From Ophelia neglecta (lineage: Eukaryota): DNA of 64,000 nucleotides. The notes beneath the pieces were generated by a model. That model saw only the letters and a program-made list of their open reading frames with translations, was not told where the DNA came from and did no database searches. Shown in pieces: positions 10,901-25,647 of the stretch (its first letter is position 1; each line of letters starts with the position of its first letter). Both the position numbers and the translations under genes were made by a program. The stretch covers positions 74,152,001-74,216,000 of the forward strand of contig OZ260662.1 in NCBI GenBank assembly GCA_965285935.1. Direction: 5' to 3'.

Positions 10901-13870
10901 ACGCAAAGTCCTTCCAAATTTGTTGTCACCTTGAAGGACAGACAGAGAAGAGGGGGAAACGACAGGCATATCCAATTCATCAGTAAAAAGCTTTTTACTG
11001 TTTTCTGTAGAGGCATATATGTTAACATTCGATAAACGGCTTAAGAAAGAGAAGTTTATAGTTTTTGTTTTTTACCGAACACAAAATTGAAAAAAAACCT
11101 GAAAACAAATTGAGTGTTTTTTTCTGATATTAAAAACTTTGTTTTCGTCATTAGTGTACATACGACATAAAATGACTTAAGATGGGACACACAATGTGAT
11201 ATAAATAGGAGTGCTTCATTTTCCTCCAGAGGTAATGAGCCAGTATATTTCGATATCGCGTCTTTTACTAGCTTATATCATTTTCGAACAGTTGTAACTC
11301 ACATACTAATAATAAAAGTCTAGAGGAATATTGGGTGAAAGTTAAGGTTTGTAAATGTCCGTGGTACCTGTCAAGTAGGGGACTCTCAAAAGGTTTAAAC
11401 CAGTATTAATTGTAAAGAGCAGACGACACAGTCGTACACTGTTCACCTCTGTATTACTGGGCATGCACTCTTGCCTCTCATTCATTGATTTGTAAATGTT
11501 GTCCATTTGACCATGTCCACCATTGTCAGTAACTCGATCAATATCGTTCCCGTCCGGCACGTATTATCTAATGGCTTTGACAGTTCGTGGAAAAATGATG
11601 TTCCAGAATTCATTTCATGCGATGCAAATAGTATGAGTTCTGAACGCAGCTTATGGCGATGCTGTAGGTTACTTCCTTTCCATATGCGGGTCCAATCGTT
11701 CAGGTAGAATAGTAACACGACACATTTCAGTGAATGTAGGAGATATCAAAAACAGGTCATGTTATCATCATGTTATACTCGTGTGAGAAATGGTTTCATA
11801 TTAACTTACATAACAAATACTTCATTTTTTAGATTTTAATCATATAGAGCTACAAACATTTGATTCAACGACATAGAACTGCAATGAATTCCGTTTTTGT
11901 ATTCAGCGCCATTGAAATAATGCCCTCTATTCAACTTTTGTTATTTATTCAGTAATGTCCACAGAACCAACGCTATAGGTTGTTCACACGTTTTGTATAG
12001 AAGCTCTCTTACAAAAGACCAGTAAAGCACTGTTATAGTTAAATTGGCGACTACAATCTCCAACAACATTTAAGCATCCATAGGTCAAAAAACAGATCTC
12101 TGCAAAATGATATTTTTCTCAAAGTTCGGAGAAAGTCAGTGGAGGTATACCATAACAATGGCATTATTATATTTGCGTCAAATTTTGCCTAATTATTTCA
12201 ATTGCCGTCCATTTCAGAATGTGCAACTTCATGGAGTCAGGTCAAACAGGTTTGAATTTTTCCCATTACATGTCTCGAAAAACAATCAGTTTGATTACAG
12301 CAAATATGACAGACTTCGTAGAAGACTGAAGCCTAATATAAGATTATTAATATTTCATGGCTGTCTTCTGTTTCATTAAAGGAGGCGTGAATCAGACGCC
12401 TGTAACTTATACACCTGCTACCTGTAGCCTATATTGTGAGCAAAGCTTCCAGTTGCAAATATAAATATCACGGGGTATATAACTGACAGCAAACCTGCTC
12501 TATGAATAAGCAACATCAAGACAACACATGCTGCATTGTCGTCTCGTCCGCTAAGGAAATATCGAATGAAAGAGAGCTGTGGAGTAGGAATCTCCTGTCA
12601 TATGGTCAACTATTTTGCCTTGTTTCGAGGCACTGAATCACATATCCGAAAACAGCAATTATTTGCTTATGGCCGTCTGGTCAAAATACGTGACATTTAC
12701 CCCATGTACATATTGACCAATAATTGTTCATTCAGAAAGGCCATATCGCCTACATGAACTAGGTTTCCCTATTATTTCATTGTTGCAAAGCATCCATTTA
12801 ACCGATTACTGGCAAGCTGTTGACATTTTTAGCTGCCGGAAGTGACGTTGTCAGGAAGAGCTAAATATAAAGGCGATGAATTCGGTATTCTGAAGGGCAT
12901 GTCATCCTTGCTCTGAAGGTTAATTTACCAAATTGCCTAGAATTGTCCATGGAACACAAGCAGGCGGCGTGTACATTGTGGACAACGTATGCGCGACCTG
13001 TTGTAGAACAGACAGTATATTTCCGACTGCAATGACCGCTTGCTCACCAGTTATTTTGGTAATTACAAATGTAACCGTACAGCCGGGCGGTTGGCCACCA
13101 TTACCTTAGAAGCCCTCACTGGTTGCTAATTCGTGGTGAATATTTTGCGCTGTGTAGCGTGGCAAAGTGGGCTGGGTGCCATTTTCCATCTCGTATTTAT
13201 CTTGGCTATATCTTTCAGCCTTCTATTTAATTGTCCTACATATTTTCGCCTTCGTTTTTGGTTTGAATCATTATGCTTCCACTGACTGTTGTGTAAGTTA
13301 CGTTCGCTGATTATTTTTGGACTTTTTAGCGACAAGATTAAATTTGGTCATGGGACTTCAACAAAGCATTTTCCAGATATCAAAAATAAAACTTCGACCA
13401 ATGATCATCCTATCCATGATGAAATTTCTCTGCCGTCTCTTCCTTCAGCAGCTACATTCGTTATCCGCATTAAAGCTAATGAGTGGCTTGTTGTATTTCT
13501 ACGGAGCTTTCGAGAAAAGAAATCCTTGCTAAGCATCCCCTTCATTTACTCAATTATTGATTTTCTGTTGGAATAGCAAAGCCTTACATTATAGGTGTCA
13601 AATATTATTTGTATTACCGGTTAGGGCATTGATATTTTGTTCTTTCAACTTATTGCATATATATCGATTCTAGAATGTACGTTCGCGGTGAAAATAATAT
13701 TCGTCGCACGTTACAACGAAACAGGAGCGGAAGCGCGAACTACTTTTTATGAATCGATGAAAATGTTAAGAAAACTCAACAATGAAATATATCATGTTTA
13801 TTAAGTCGCCTATATTTTGGTATTTGGGTTAAACTGAAACTGTTGAAAGGTCTCCCCCCCCCCCCCCATA

Positions 13871-14600
13871 GGCCGGTGAGTGGTCTTCCCTTTGACTGGC
13901 AGTTGAGTGATCTTTTCCCTGACTGGCGGGTGAGTGGTCTTCCCTTTGACTGGCAGTTGAGTGATCTTTTCCCTGACTGGCGGGTGAGTGGTCTTCCCTT
14001 TGACTGGCAGTTGAGTGATCTTTCCGCTGACTGGCAGTTGAGCGATCTTTCCGCTGACTGGCGGGTGAGTGGTCTTACCTTTGGCTAGCATTATAGTTGT
14101 CTTCTGTTGACGGCTAGAAAATGGTCTTCCCTTTGGCTGGCAGTTGAGTGATGTTTTCGCTGACTGGCGGGTGAGTGGTCTTACCTTTGACTGGCAGTTG
14201 AGTGATCTTTTCCCTGACTGGCGGGTGAGTGGTCTTCCCTTTGACTGGCAGTTGAGTGATCTTTTCGCTGACTGGCGGGTGAGTGGTCTTCCCTTTGACT
14301 GGTAGTTGAGTGATCTTTCCGCTGACTGGCGGTTGAGTGGTCTTCCCTTTGACTGGTAGTTGAGTGATCCTTCCGCTGACTGGCGGGTGAGTGGTCTTCC
14401 CTTTGACTAGCATTATAGTTGTCTTCTGTTGACGGCTAGAAAATGGTCTTCCCTTTGGCTAGCAGCTAAGTGGTCTTTCCGCTGACTGGCGAGTAAGTGG
14501 TTTCCCTTGGTCGGTAGTTTGGTGGTCTTTCCGCTGTCTGGCGGGTGAGTGGTCTTCCCTTTGCTGGCAGTTGAGTGGTCCTCTCGTGGTCAGGCTGGGG
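13871..14600. repeat. 27-bp minisatellite organised as 54-bp dimers
   Basis: Alternating monomers gactggcgggtgagtggtcttcccttt and gactggcagttgagtgatcttttccct. A variant block (ctagcattatagttgtcttctgttgacggctagaaaatgg) is duplicated at 14085 and 14407, 322 bp apart. Confidence 0.95.
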
Positions 14601-15780
14601 AGTGGTCTTTTCCTTTGGCTTTCAGTTTAGTGCTCTTACCGCTGTCTGTCTAGGTGAATGGTATTCCTGTTGGCTGGTAAGTCAGTGGTTTTAGTGTTGG
14701 CTGGCCGGTGATGTAACCTTCCTGTCTCATAGTTGTCTTTCCGATGACTAGTTGGTATGGGTTCTTTCGGTTGGCTGATAATTGAGTGGTCTTCCTGCTG
14801 ACTAGCAAGTAGGCTTTATGATCACTGGCAGTTGAGTTGTCCGTTTTAATGACTAGCAGGTGTTGGCTGGTAGGTGAGTGCTCTTTTTACTGTCTAGGTG
14901 GTGTAGGTGTTCCAGTTGTCTGGAAGGTGAATGGTCTTCCAGGTGGTTGGAAGGGTGACTTTCCAGGTGGCTGGTGTGTAAGGTCTACCTGCTTTCTGGT
15001 GGTGAACTGTCTACCTGCTTTCTGGTGGGTGTACTGTCTTCCTGCTGTCTGGTGGGTGAACTTTCTTCCTCTTGTCTGGTGGGTGAGCTGTTTCCTGCTG
15101 GATTTTAGATAATTGTTGTCCTGCTGTTTGGTCGGGTGGTTTTTTCCTGCTGGTTTGTAGTGGAGTGTCCATATTGCTGGTGTGAAGGTGGGCCTCTTCT
15201 GATTTCTGTATCCGTAAGTTGCTTGGTCCCACAGACGATTGTTTCTCGAACCGTCTAGTAGCCTATTGCTGGGTTCTCTGATGTCGAGCTGATGACTAGT
15301 CCTCGTACTGCCAATCTGATGACAACTCCTCATACTGTCAGGCCGATAACAAGTCCTCACACTGCCAGGCCGATCACTAGTCCTTTTACTGCCAAGCCCT
15401 AAACTAGTCCTCGTACTGCCAAACCGGTGAAAAGTCTCTTGTAGTAAAGCCGATACCAAGTCCTTATTCTGCCAAGCCGATGATTCATCCTTATGCTGTC
15501 AAGCCGATGACTACTCTTCATACTGCCAAGTCGATAATTAATCTGCATACTGTCAAACTGTCTTCATGCTGTTGAGTCGATGACTGGTCTTTCACTGTCA
15601 CGACGATGACTAGTCCTTATACTTTCGAGGCTAAAAATAATCTGACGACTGATGTTCCTAGGGTCGGGCCGACTGTTTGTCTTTATTTTTGATGTCGATG
15701 AATGGTTTTCTGGCCAACTGTCGATTTGCCTTGCTTCCGTCGAGCCGATGACTGTTCTTCATGCTGTCGAGCCGAAGAGT
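14600..15780. repeat. Older degenerate 27-bp-period repeats (two further sub-families)
   Basis: Units like cttcctgctgtctggtgggtgaacttt at ~14985-15150 and units like tgactagtcctcgtactgccaagccga at ~15290-15780, both with a 27-bp period. Confidence 0.8.
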
Positions 15781-16479
15781 TAGCAAGAGAATCAATGGCT
15801 GATCTTCCTGATACCGAGTAGGCGACTCGTAATCCAGCTTGTGAGCAGGCAAATAAGCTTAGCTAAGTTATTATGTAGTGTGGATAGTTTCGTTATATCG
15901 TGGTACATCACGGAACAAGGTTCCAAAATAAAGATAAAGGGGCTTGACTGACCGATAGTATTGAAGTCGTCGTCACTAATTTATGATTTCCTCGCTAATT
16001 TGAGGTAACCAAGTCACGGGCAGGCTGGGTTTGGTCGTGAGCTACTTAGCCACTGGCAGAAAATGAAACAGTCTCCTCGCCGATTGATAACAAATCATGT
16101 ATTAGTACATGACGAGAGAACCTTTCGCTCTGGTTTCATCGCTCGGTATATAAAGCCAGATATCAATAAGCAATCCCTCATACCTGCGTTGAATACTCTC
16201 GAAGCCCGTGCTATTAAAGTAAACTAAATTATGCAAAACCCACCAAAGCATCTGTTCAAAATAGATAGTTGATGAAGCCGCTTTTCTGGCTGTTGTCTTT
16301 ATACATTTTCAGAAATAAGTTATCTTTAAAACTGTCACTGAAGGCGATAGGAGAGCCACTAGGGATTGTTCGGTTAGAGAAAGAGGGAATTGTAGCTGCT
16401 ATTTCCTTGGCTGCAGACGCTGTCGGAATGCCAATAGCACGCTTTAGGCAACTAGAACTGCGGCCTTCAATTGATTGTC

Positions 16480-16960
16480 AAGTAAACGACATGCTCTGAA
16501 TGTTCAAATGTGCTCACTCATCTGCCAATTCTCATTGGGGAACTCCTGTTTGCTTCATCGACTGCCTCTAGGGCGTGGCCACTTCTTAAGCGTTTTATCC
16601 CCTCCAGTCCGTGAGTGCCTTTGACGAGTGGTTGAATAAACATATTTTCCCCATTCACCCACTCCTTGGATGGACATCCCTTACGGGACTTTTCTGAGAA
16701 ATGAATCGTATCGAGTTTATCATCCGGATATCGTGTGATTTCTCCGCCATATTGACATACTTGATAGTTGAGGTGCAAAGCGATCCCAATCTGGTTGTTT
16801 TTCAAGAAGACGCATTGCTTTACATATCCTACAGTTGCGAAGCCATACGCAAGTAGGCACGTGCGTAAACAATATTGCTTTGGAATTTTTTTCTCTAAAT
16901 TTTCATAGTCCGCCTTTAAATGTTTAAGGAAGAGCAAGCCTTGATCTTGTTTTTGAGAGC
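16480..16960 (-). pseudogene. Possible decayed tyrosine recombinase of a DIRS/Ngaro-like retroelement
   Basis: ORF 16518-16937 has CLRTCLLAYGF (compare box I 'LR..CLLAFAGFLR'), a CP motif, and KRLRSGHALEAVDEANRSSPMRIGR*VS (compare box II 'HSLRSGGATAAA..G...HGRWKS'). The TGA stop falls at the expected Trp. Catalytic residues are degraded and the inter-box spacing is short. Confidence 0.38.
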
Positions 16961-19900
16961 ATACATATTCTCATAGGTGTGACTACTAACCCACCTTAAA
17001 TGTTGTTGAAAAGCCCAAGCGTTCTTTTATTCAAGTTACAAACCATGTGCGAGTTGGTTCGAAATCTGAGCTTCCTATTGTTCAACGTGGAGAGAAATAT
17101 GAAAAGCCTTTCAAAACCAGCATCAATTATATTGATCATGATGAAAATTTAACGGGAAAATCTCATTCTTACAATTGACCAGAGATCGCCTCCCAGGCGT
17201 AGTGATATCTAGCCGCTTTTGTCCTGAGAGGTAATCAGTCTTTTCAGGTTGAGCCGTCTCTTAGTTTTTTCCTCTTCTGTTTTTATGGCGTTTATTTATC
17301 GATAATCAGAAGAAGTATTTCCCAAAGGGAAGGCTGTTAATGTACCTGATATTTACACTGGTGGTAACAGTCAGTCAATACTTGTCAAATTACAGGGGAA
17401 CGCTTGTTGAAACGGCAGTTTTCTGTTTTGTCAGACAAGACACACATATACGCCGTCGGGGGAAAACGACACAAATATATTTATGGATTTTCATTAGTCT
17501 TCCGTTATTATTGCCAAGGGAATCAAATTACCCTTTGTGTTATTCGAGTGCAGAATTAATGCGTTTTATTCAAACATTACTATAGGTATATTACTATAGT
17601 TTCAAAGTACACACGGCAGCGTCCGTCGCTAGAGAAATCAGTATTGTATACTGACACAATATAAGTTTAATTTGGCAATATGTTTAGGAATAAGGTATGA
17701 AGATCAATGAGACACTTATCACAGGGGAATTACCTTTTGACTAGTTTGTATTAATCATGGACTTTTTAAAACGAGATATACAAAAAGCTAACGCCCACTT
17801 AGACGTTATATCTTGCCGCAATGACTTCATTAGCATTCAATGCTTGTTTTTACCACGAGGCTCCTGCTTTACTGATGTCAACACCGGAAGCAGCGGATAA
17901 AAAGTCTGCGTTTACTGTTGTAAGGTTGTTCCTGTTTCCCACGAGAGATTTGGAAGGTCCATTGAGGCTGATTAAGCTAGGTCTCTACTGACTCAAAGCA
18001 GAAAAAGACCAGTTTACAAGCCATGATGTTTAAATCTGCAATCTTAATACCTAAACCCATTGTTTGATCTTTGAAATAAACAGCGAATGTTTACGGTATT
18101 CGTTTTAAAGTTACAGTCAATTGTTATTACACTATTTACTACCTGCATAAGGCGAATTTTCGTCTGTATGTATGGCAAAAGTCTGTAACATAATTAAGAA
18201 TTTGTCCCAGGGAACACCAGTATCGTGTTAAAAAAACGTTGATAGTATATGTGACCCAGCTTCGGCTTAAAAACGAAATAAGTCTTCCTTGGCACCTTTG
18301 CACATTAATTTCCGCCTTTTACCGTGATTCAGGTTTATGGTTTCCCATGTCATTTGTATGCTAAGTACAGGTACAATTCGGACGCAATGATGCAGCAAAT
18401 GCTTTTGAAACGGTATGTTGCTAGAGTGCCAAACCAGATTTAAAACATCCATAGCCCTAATACTCCTTGAAAAAACTAGTATATACTTGCATTCTTCAAC
18501 AAGACCTTATAAATGCAACCTGGTATATATACATGTAAAAAATACACACTGCCAGAGATGTCCTTTACGTTTAAGTGCTCTCTGACAGGAAAAAGAGGCC
18601 GAGCTCGCAATATGCTTTCAACCGGAAATGAGAACGCCATGATATCATCACCTCTACAGACACTATGTCGACATGCAAGCGAAGTTTCGAAGTTTTATAC
18701 ATCACCTACAGCTTCATACGAACTTAGGCGTCGATACAATGTAACTAGTGCTTGCGTATGGTAATCTGAGGATGTCGCTCGCCTTCTGACATAAAGTGTA
18801 CCTGACAGTCTACGTGATCAATATCCTGTAGGCCGAAAATTAGGACATTTAGAAACGCGTGTTCGCTCATTAGCTTTCAAATTAACCGGTTCTTTTTTCG
18901 AAGGGCCAGTAAATATATGACAGCATCAGGGTGGCGGATGCCAACTCGCATGCATGAATGCCACACGATACTATTCCCTTTATTTATCGGGTCTAAGTTT
19001 ATTTTTTCGCTTGATGGATTGATATCTAACTCCAGTCGCATATATGCCAGCTTTTGATTGAGTTGCTCACTCTCAACATTTAGAACCGAACAAAATAACT
19101 CTGCCCGTCTAATCACGAGGCTAAGAGGAAGTTACCGCGCACTGAAGCTGCCTTCTGCTCGCATGTTAAGGAGGAATACTCGTCTAAAAGGTGCTACTGT
19201 TGACACGGTGATTAAGTACACATCCACTCCCTGACGACCGACAAGCAATCAAACTCAATTTCGTACTCTTAGAGGGCCCGGTCGACTACCGAACGAGCGT
19301 GATAACACCTTTTACTGTGGCAAACGCACTTGACATTATGTCAGGATAGTTTGGCTGTCTTAAGCCGCAGTTCAAGATGCCAATAAAGTCGCCTTGGCGC
19401 CTGGCAAACAGGTTGTTCCGACACTTCAGCGATCTGGTATGAATTGGAAAGCATGGTCAACAAACCATCTCTGATTACATCGGCCATTTTGAGGCCACAT
19501 GCGCCATAATCATCTAATATATTATCGGATTTTATCAAACAGTTCTTTACATCAGTACAGCAAGGTGATTGGTACAAGTGTCGGACTATCGTACTCAACT
19601 CTGATGGCTGCCAATGAAGAAGCCGAGTTATAATTAACGTACGCGTGTCGCTCTGTATGTGAAGGGCAATCAACACTATAATGTCAGTAGTCCAACGAGA
19701 AGTCGGAGTAGTTACTTCCTACTTCCTGTGAACATGCATGAAAGCCTTCTCTAAATACGCGAAACGCTTCCACATTTAATCTCAGCTTTCAAGTGTCTGA
19801 ACTCTGTCTAAATTTCAGAGAAACAAACCTTGTCTCTTTGCCCTTGATTAAGCAATGAGAAAAAATCCGACAGCTTAAAACAGCAGCATTGCTACATTCG

Positions 19901-22900
19901 TGGTGGACTTTCTTTCCATTTTCGACTGTCTATAATTTCTACCTGTCTACTTCAAAGTTCCCAACATAGAAGCTTGTCACATTCAAATACTACTCTATTT
20001 AAATCTTATTCTTTTCATATCCCATATCCAAATTTGGCAGTAAATGTTCATCGCAATCTAGACCTACTATAAATAACATTTTTTAATTACTGTTGCCGTA
20101 CGCCGCCCATTTTTTTGCATCTCACTACTCAATATCTTGTACTGAAATCAATTTAATTCATCGTTGTCCTGTAATGTATTATCCGCATGTTAAATTCACA
20201 GACGTTAAACTGGTTCATCCCGTTTTGCGTATCACCGATTGCTGTTCACACCTTGCGACAGCAGAGCGGAGCAACTTCCGCTTTGAATGTGAGAACGACA
20301 CGTTAAAGCATATTTCAGGAGATCTTTTGACATCTAATTCAGCACGTTTGGCTTTTATATCCGATACAAATGACAAGTACATGTTACCGAAACACGCGCA
20401 CGAATTTAAACCCAACCAGTTTACGGAACATTATTAAATTCCAATGATATATTGGAAAGTCAGTATTTTTTCGTCTCGGCAGTTTCACTGTAAACTGGTT
20501 CCATTGTGTCAATCATTTCGGCGCATAATATTAGCCCTATTGTGCGCATCACAAAAGTGCAGAAAAAGGAAATGTGACTCCGCAATTGATTCCAATGCAG
20601 TTTATTGTGCCAATAAAGATTATTATTATGGTCTGTTATCAAAATCGGACTCGTTTCGGATTTCAAGAAACAAAACAAAATATTTGAGCTTTCTGCCACA
20701 ATTTACATTTTTTTTACTGATGAACTCGATACAGATGGGAACTAATTTGTAGGGGTAGGATTTTTTTGGCAGATATACGAAAGAAGGTGAAAGTGGATTT
20801 GCTGAAACTATTTGGAGGTTAGAATGATTTGCTGACCCCCCCCCCCCCCCCTCCACCCCCTGTTTAATGTCCCCTACGAGTATAGAACTGTGCTAGGTTT
20901 AAATGTAGTTAGGTGGAATTAAAAATATCATCGAACTTAAAGTGGCTTATCCTTAAAAGTGTGATATTATTTTATTGCGGGCTCAATTCTTTACGAAAAT
21001 CCAAACATTATTGACCATATAGACACCATTTCAAGAAAAGAAATTTAAATAAGCCATGCGTGGCGAATGAGACGCCATTAGATGTCGCGAAATGAGCCTC
21101 GCTGTGGCCATCAACAGTCCAAAAGGAAGTTGCTGCATACGCTCTGCATAGAGATGTCAATAGCCATCCCTGCTACACGGAATGGCCATGAGTCAGAATA
21201 ACCACCACGTAATGTTGAGGCACGAACAGTCAGATGTTGAAGCCGTATTCTCGCTTTGCTCGCCATGGAGTTGTCAATGTCTGCTCTAGACTAGCGTGGA
21301 CACACCTTGGTCGCCCTCGGCTCGCATGCACTGCCATAACTCGTTCCGTAATACATTTCAGCAAGTTAATAAAAAGGCTGCAAATCTGTTAAAACACGAA
21401 CCTGGGTCGGCAAAGCAGCGAGCAGCATTATACTGCTGTCAAAATATTGCGAAAGAAAACACATCGTATTGCGACTATCTTTATTGCATCAACCATTTCG
21501 TCTAATAATTCTATGGACATAACCTTATGTATTATAGACACAAGCTATTGCAATAACAAAAACATGTCCAAATGTTAGCGTTTCGCCAAGGAGGGGTCGT
21601 TTATAACAATAAATATGGGATAATATACTTGGGTACAGTGGATTATTATTGCATTGTATATTAACAATTGAGAAAACACGACCAGCACAATGAAAGGATG
21701 AGAAACTCGTTTCCTCTTGTTGTCCTATAATACACAAGATCAGAAGATCACAGATCTTACCAATGAACACTGGACTTATCATATTGTTTATAGTCTATGT
21801 ATATCTGCAACGGTTAATATTTTAAGAAGAAAATTAAGAATAAATAAACGTGTCTCTCTGTTTGAAAATGATGAAGTTTTAAGTACTTATATCTATAATA
21901 GTTATCAAATTCGTCATTTAAAATTCGATTAGTTTAGACATATTAGCTATACAGTGTCGCTGAGATGAATGTTAAAGGGAGTCTTAAATTTGGCGTTGAC
22001 AATACAGTTTGTGTTCTGGGGGGATTTTTTTTTTGTAGGCCAGGATAGATTCATGTTTTGTAGATCTGCACGAAAACAAAATCGTTGTTTCTGTACATAT
22101 TCCTCAATTTGGCTTTCCTAGCAGCCGCCGGACGACGCTATGCACCACAAACCAATTGTTGAGAGTGGTTAGCTGAGGCCTGGTTGTGTAGGTGACTGAC
22201 GTGATTGTGGGAGTCCCAGGAGGCAGGTAGATTACCTGGCTAGCCCTGGCTATCTCCAGCTCCACAGGGAGCACCCCGCTCACGTAGTAACGTCAGACTG
22301 ATAGATGAGTGGTGTTTCAAGCTCGACCTTTACTCTGACTGTAGAGACAATCAAGTGGACACTGGCGACATGCTGGCTAGCCCCGGGAGCTATTGTAGGG
22401 ATCGTTATAGAATTACGATACACAAAGGCATTCTCATCGAATTTTGAGCAATTGTCCCGCCTGGTGAATATAACAATGAACCACTATACTATTTAAACTA
22501 TGCGGCTAGCGGTGCAAGTTTCTCGCGGGGCAAGACGGGACAATTAATCCTTATTTCGCTATATAGATTTTTTATTATTATTTCCTCACTTTAATTATTA
22601 TGCGATTGTTAAAGGAGCTATTTCTTTTCATATCCAAGTAAGAACATTAAAGGAGGACGGTTGCTCTTCGTAAATCGAATGCATTCAAGTATATAATTTT
22701 GGGCCAGAATGACATATAATCAGACACGTCTAAAACTTCACAAAGACAGAGTGTATCTTTGAATCACTTTACAACAGTATCTAAGCCTATAACATACAGC
22801 CGGAGTTTGTTATATGTCATATATGAGGACTATCTGGTGCCTATATATACTTATGGCTCCACCAGTCTTCAAATTTCCAGAACAATAGGGATGAATTTTG

Positions 22901-25647
22901 AACCATCAAATCGCTGGCACAACCATAATTATATTGATTTTCAGATCAAGGGTTACTAATTGTGATGATGACAGCAAATGGTATGTAAATAAATTCAACC
23001 AAGAATGAAAAGATTCCTGTAAACATGCAAGAAACTCCGTTTTATCGTCCAAAGCACGATATATCCATGAAATGTAAAGCTTGATTATGTTTGCAGTCCC
23101 TTAGGAAATATGAAACCAATGCATAAACTAATTTGTATTCTGTGGGGAATAGGAGACGACAACATCAACCGACACCTTGCGTCTATAACTCAATCAGCAC
23201 TGACCCTATACTCTGCTGTTGTAAGCTGAGGGTTCCCGGAACACTGACCATTAGCACCTTACTCGATGTAGTCGTTATTGTTTTTACATATAATAAATGG
23301 TCTCAGTCCCAATTATGAAAGTGATGGTGAATGTTGTAGACATAAGAATATGCCTAGTTTTTTATTTTCGCTTTCAAAGCGGGCACGAAAGCCTGCTGTC
23401 AAGTAACCATCACTCCCTACAAATCAATGTATAAAATATAGCAGGTGCATTTGTAAACAGATAAAGGTTGTAGAAACCGTAAAAACAATTATTGGAGAAA
23501 CAGTGATGACATTAAGAGGCGTCATCGGTTCAATAGTACTAGTTGCGTATTTTTTAACATTAACTTATTATTGCCTTGTCATGCTATATGTTTTAATTAC
23601 AACTATAGCTATGCCTTTGGACGAACAATGTCAATTTTCGCTAGATCAATCAGAAGGTAACATGGACAGCCCAAGAATAGTCCAGCTCATTTTTGTTGTC
23701 CTGTATGTCTAAGTCTAGTTAGGCCTTTTTTAGATACAGGACGATCTGAAAGAAGTGATATATGAAATATGTTACTGCATGCTATATAGAGATTCATTAT
23801 TATATAGTTGTATCATACCGAAAGGTTAAGTTAGTAAACATACTGTATAGCAGCCACAACTCGGGAAGCCATTTACACCCGGCCGACGTGCTGTCGATAT
23901 ATATAACAGTCCTTGTGTTTAGCAACTTCGGTGTGTTTTTGTGGGTATATTTACTTATACCAGCTAATTATCGTCCATTTGGCACGGCTCTCCTACTTCT
24001 CCCTTTAGCTGTTACAGAAGTCGAACAGATACGTGCTCTTCGTTTGATCCGCCTCCCGATAACCCTCTTGCAAAATCGCTATCTTTCCTTTCCTGTCGAC
24101 AGTCGGCCATAAAGTTGAGTTGTTTTCCCATGGTGGCTTGTGCATGTATTTTTTTGTATGTATGCCCATATTTTGGTATGACCGGTAGGATTTTGCAAAG
24201 AAGATACCGTTCTTGCTGGTTTTCGTAATGTGGATTGAAAATTGGTTACTCAACTACAGATCTATTGTAACTCATTTGTAATAAAAATGAAAATATATGT
24301 TTAACTGGTAATTTAGCAGAATTTCAGCAGATCTTTGTTAATCCACACACAAAAAACTCCATACAAATTATGAAAGGACAAATATGACCACGCGTGTATA
24401 ACCCAGCAATCTATGAAGAATATACGATCAATCTACAGTCCCATGTTTGAATAATTACACCCCTATCTGACTTTAGTGTCCCTTAGTTAGTAGTCGGTAT
24501 GCGGCCATACCAATACCTGCATTAAGTCAAATGACTAACACATTTACTATTTTATTACTGTAAACATTTCTGTATTGGATATAGTATATTCCCTTCACGA
24601 CAATGATTACGCTCATTGGCATGGACAGGGACATTCTCGTTGACATCAGGAGGTTCAAACTGTAAATGAACACCAAGTCAAGTCGGGTGATCATTTAATC
24701 TATTAATTTACCTGGAATTGCCCTTTGTGAATAGCCAGGACACGGCGTATTGTACCTTTTTTCCGCTTTGTCTTGGAGAAGACGAGATGCAGCTCAGCTT
24801 GGCGCCATTTAGGGCCTATAAACACATGGTCAGATGGTTGGATTGGCCATCTGTCTTCCTAAGTACGTTCATGCAATGCGCTTTTGTACTACGACTTGGT
24901 TTACATGCAAGTAATTCATCATCAAGATATTCCAAAAGGAGCCTAGGCTAAGGTGCCATATATAGGGCATTAACAGATTTTAATTATTGAAACTTGTGAT
25001 TAAATCTATTAATCTAGATATTCTCGCTTTACACAGAAGACACGAACAAGTTACTTATACATACTAAAATGTGTCACACTTGAAATCATAGATTTGTTTT
25101 TATACTTTGTATTGCGACACAAAACTGCGAAAAAATATTTTAAATCCAACCTTTATCGTTATGAGTAGAATGAAGCGTTTCGGAACAACCAGCATAAATA
25201 ATAGAACGAATGCCGTTAGCGCACAGTATTCCTTTCTTTGACAGCTGCAGTTCTTTAGTCGATTAGTCACCAGCTGAATGTGCACAGGATTAATCGTCTT
25301 TCAATCTTCCTTATGATCCATCTTAATTCTTTACGGCTCAGATTTTATGTGCTGTCTGTTGGTGGCTGCATGAGACGAGTTTCTTATCGTCGGTCTAATG
25401 TTTTTGTCCCATGAAAGATAATTTGATGTCTGATCTTAGAAACAACTCATATGCTTTTCAGTTTCCGCATTTCTTCTTTTAGATGAAGAGAATAACTAAT
25501 TATTGTTATTTCCTAGGACCCTTAATAAAGCAGACAGTCTCCATACAGGAAGTATATCGTGGACGATCATTTGATCCAGTTGCAGAATGTGATTTTATCT
25601 TTGCTATCAGCACGCGACGTGCGATTTTTCGCTGACGAACAATATAT

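Noticed and set aside
13400-13520. Gypsy RNase H-like 'EKFHH' on the minus strand
   Set aside because: A five-residue match surrounded by stops, with no other RT/RNase H motifs.
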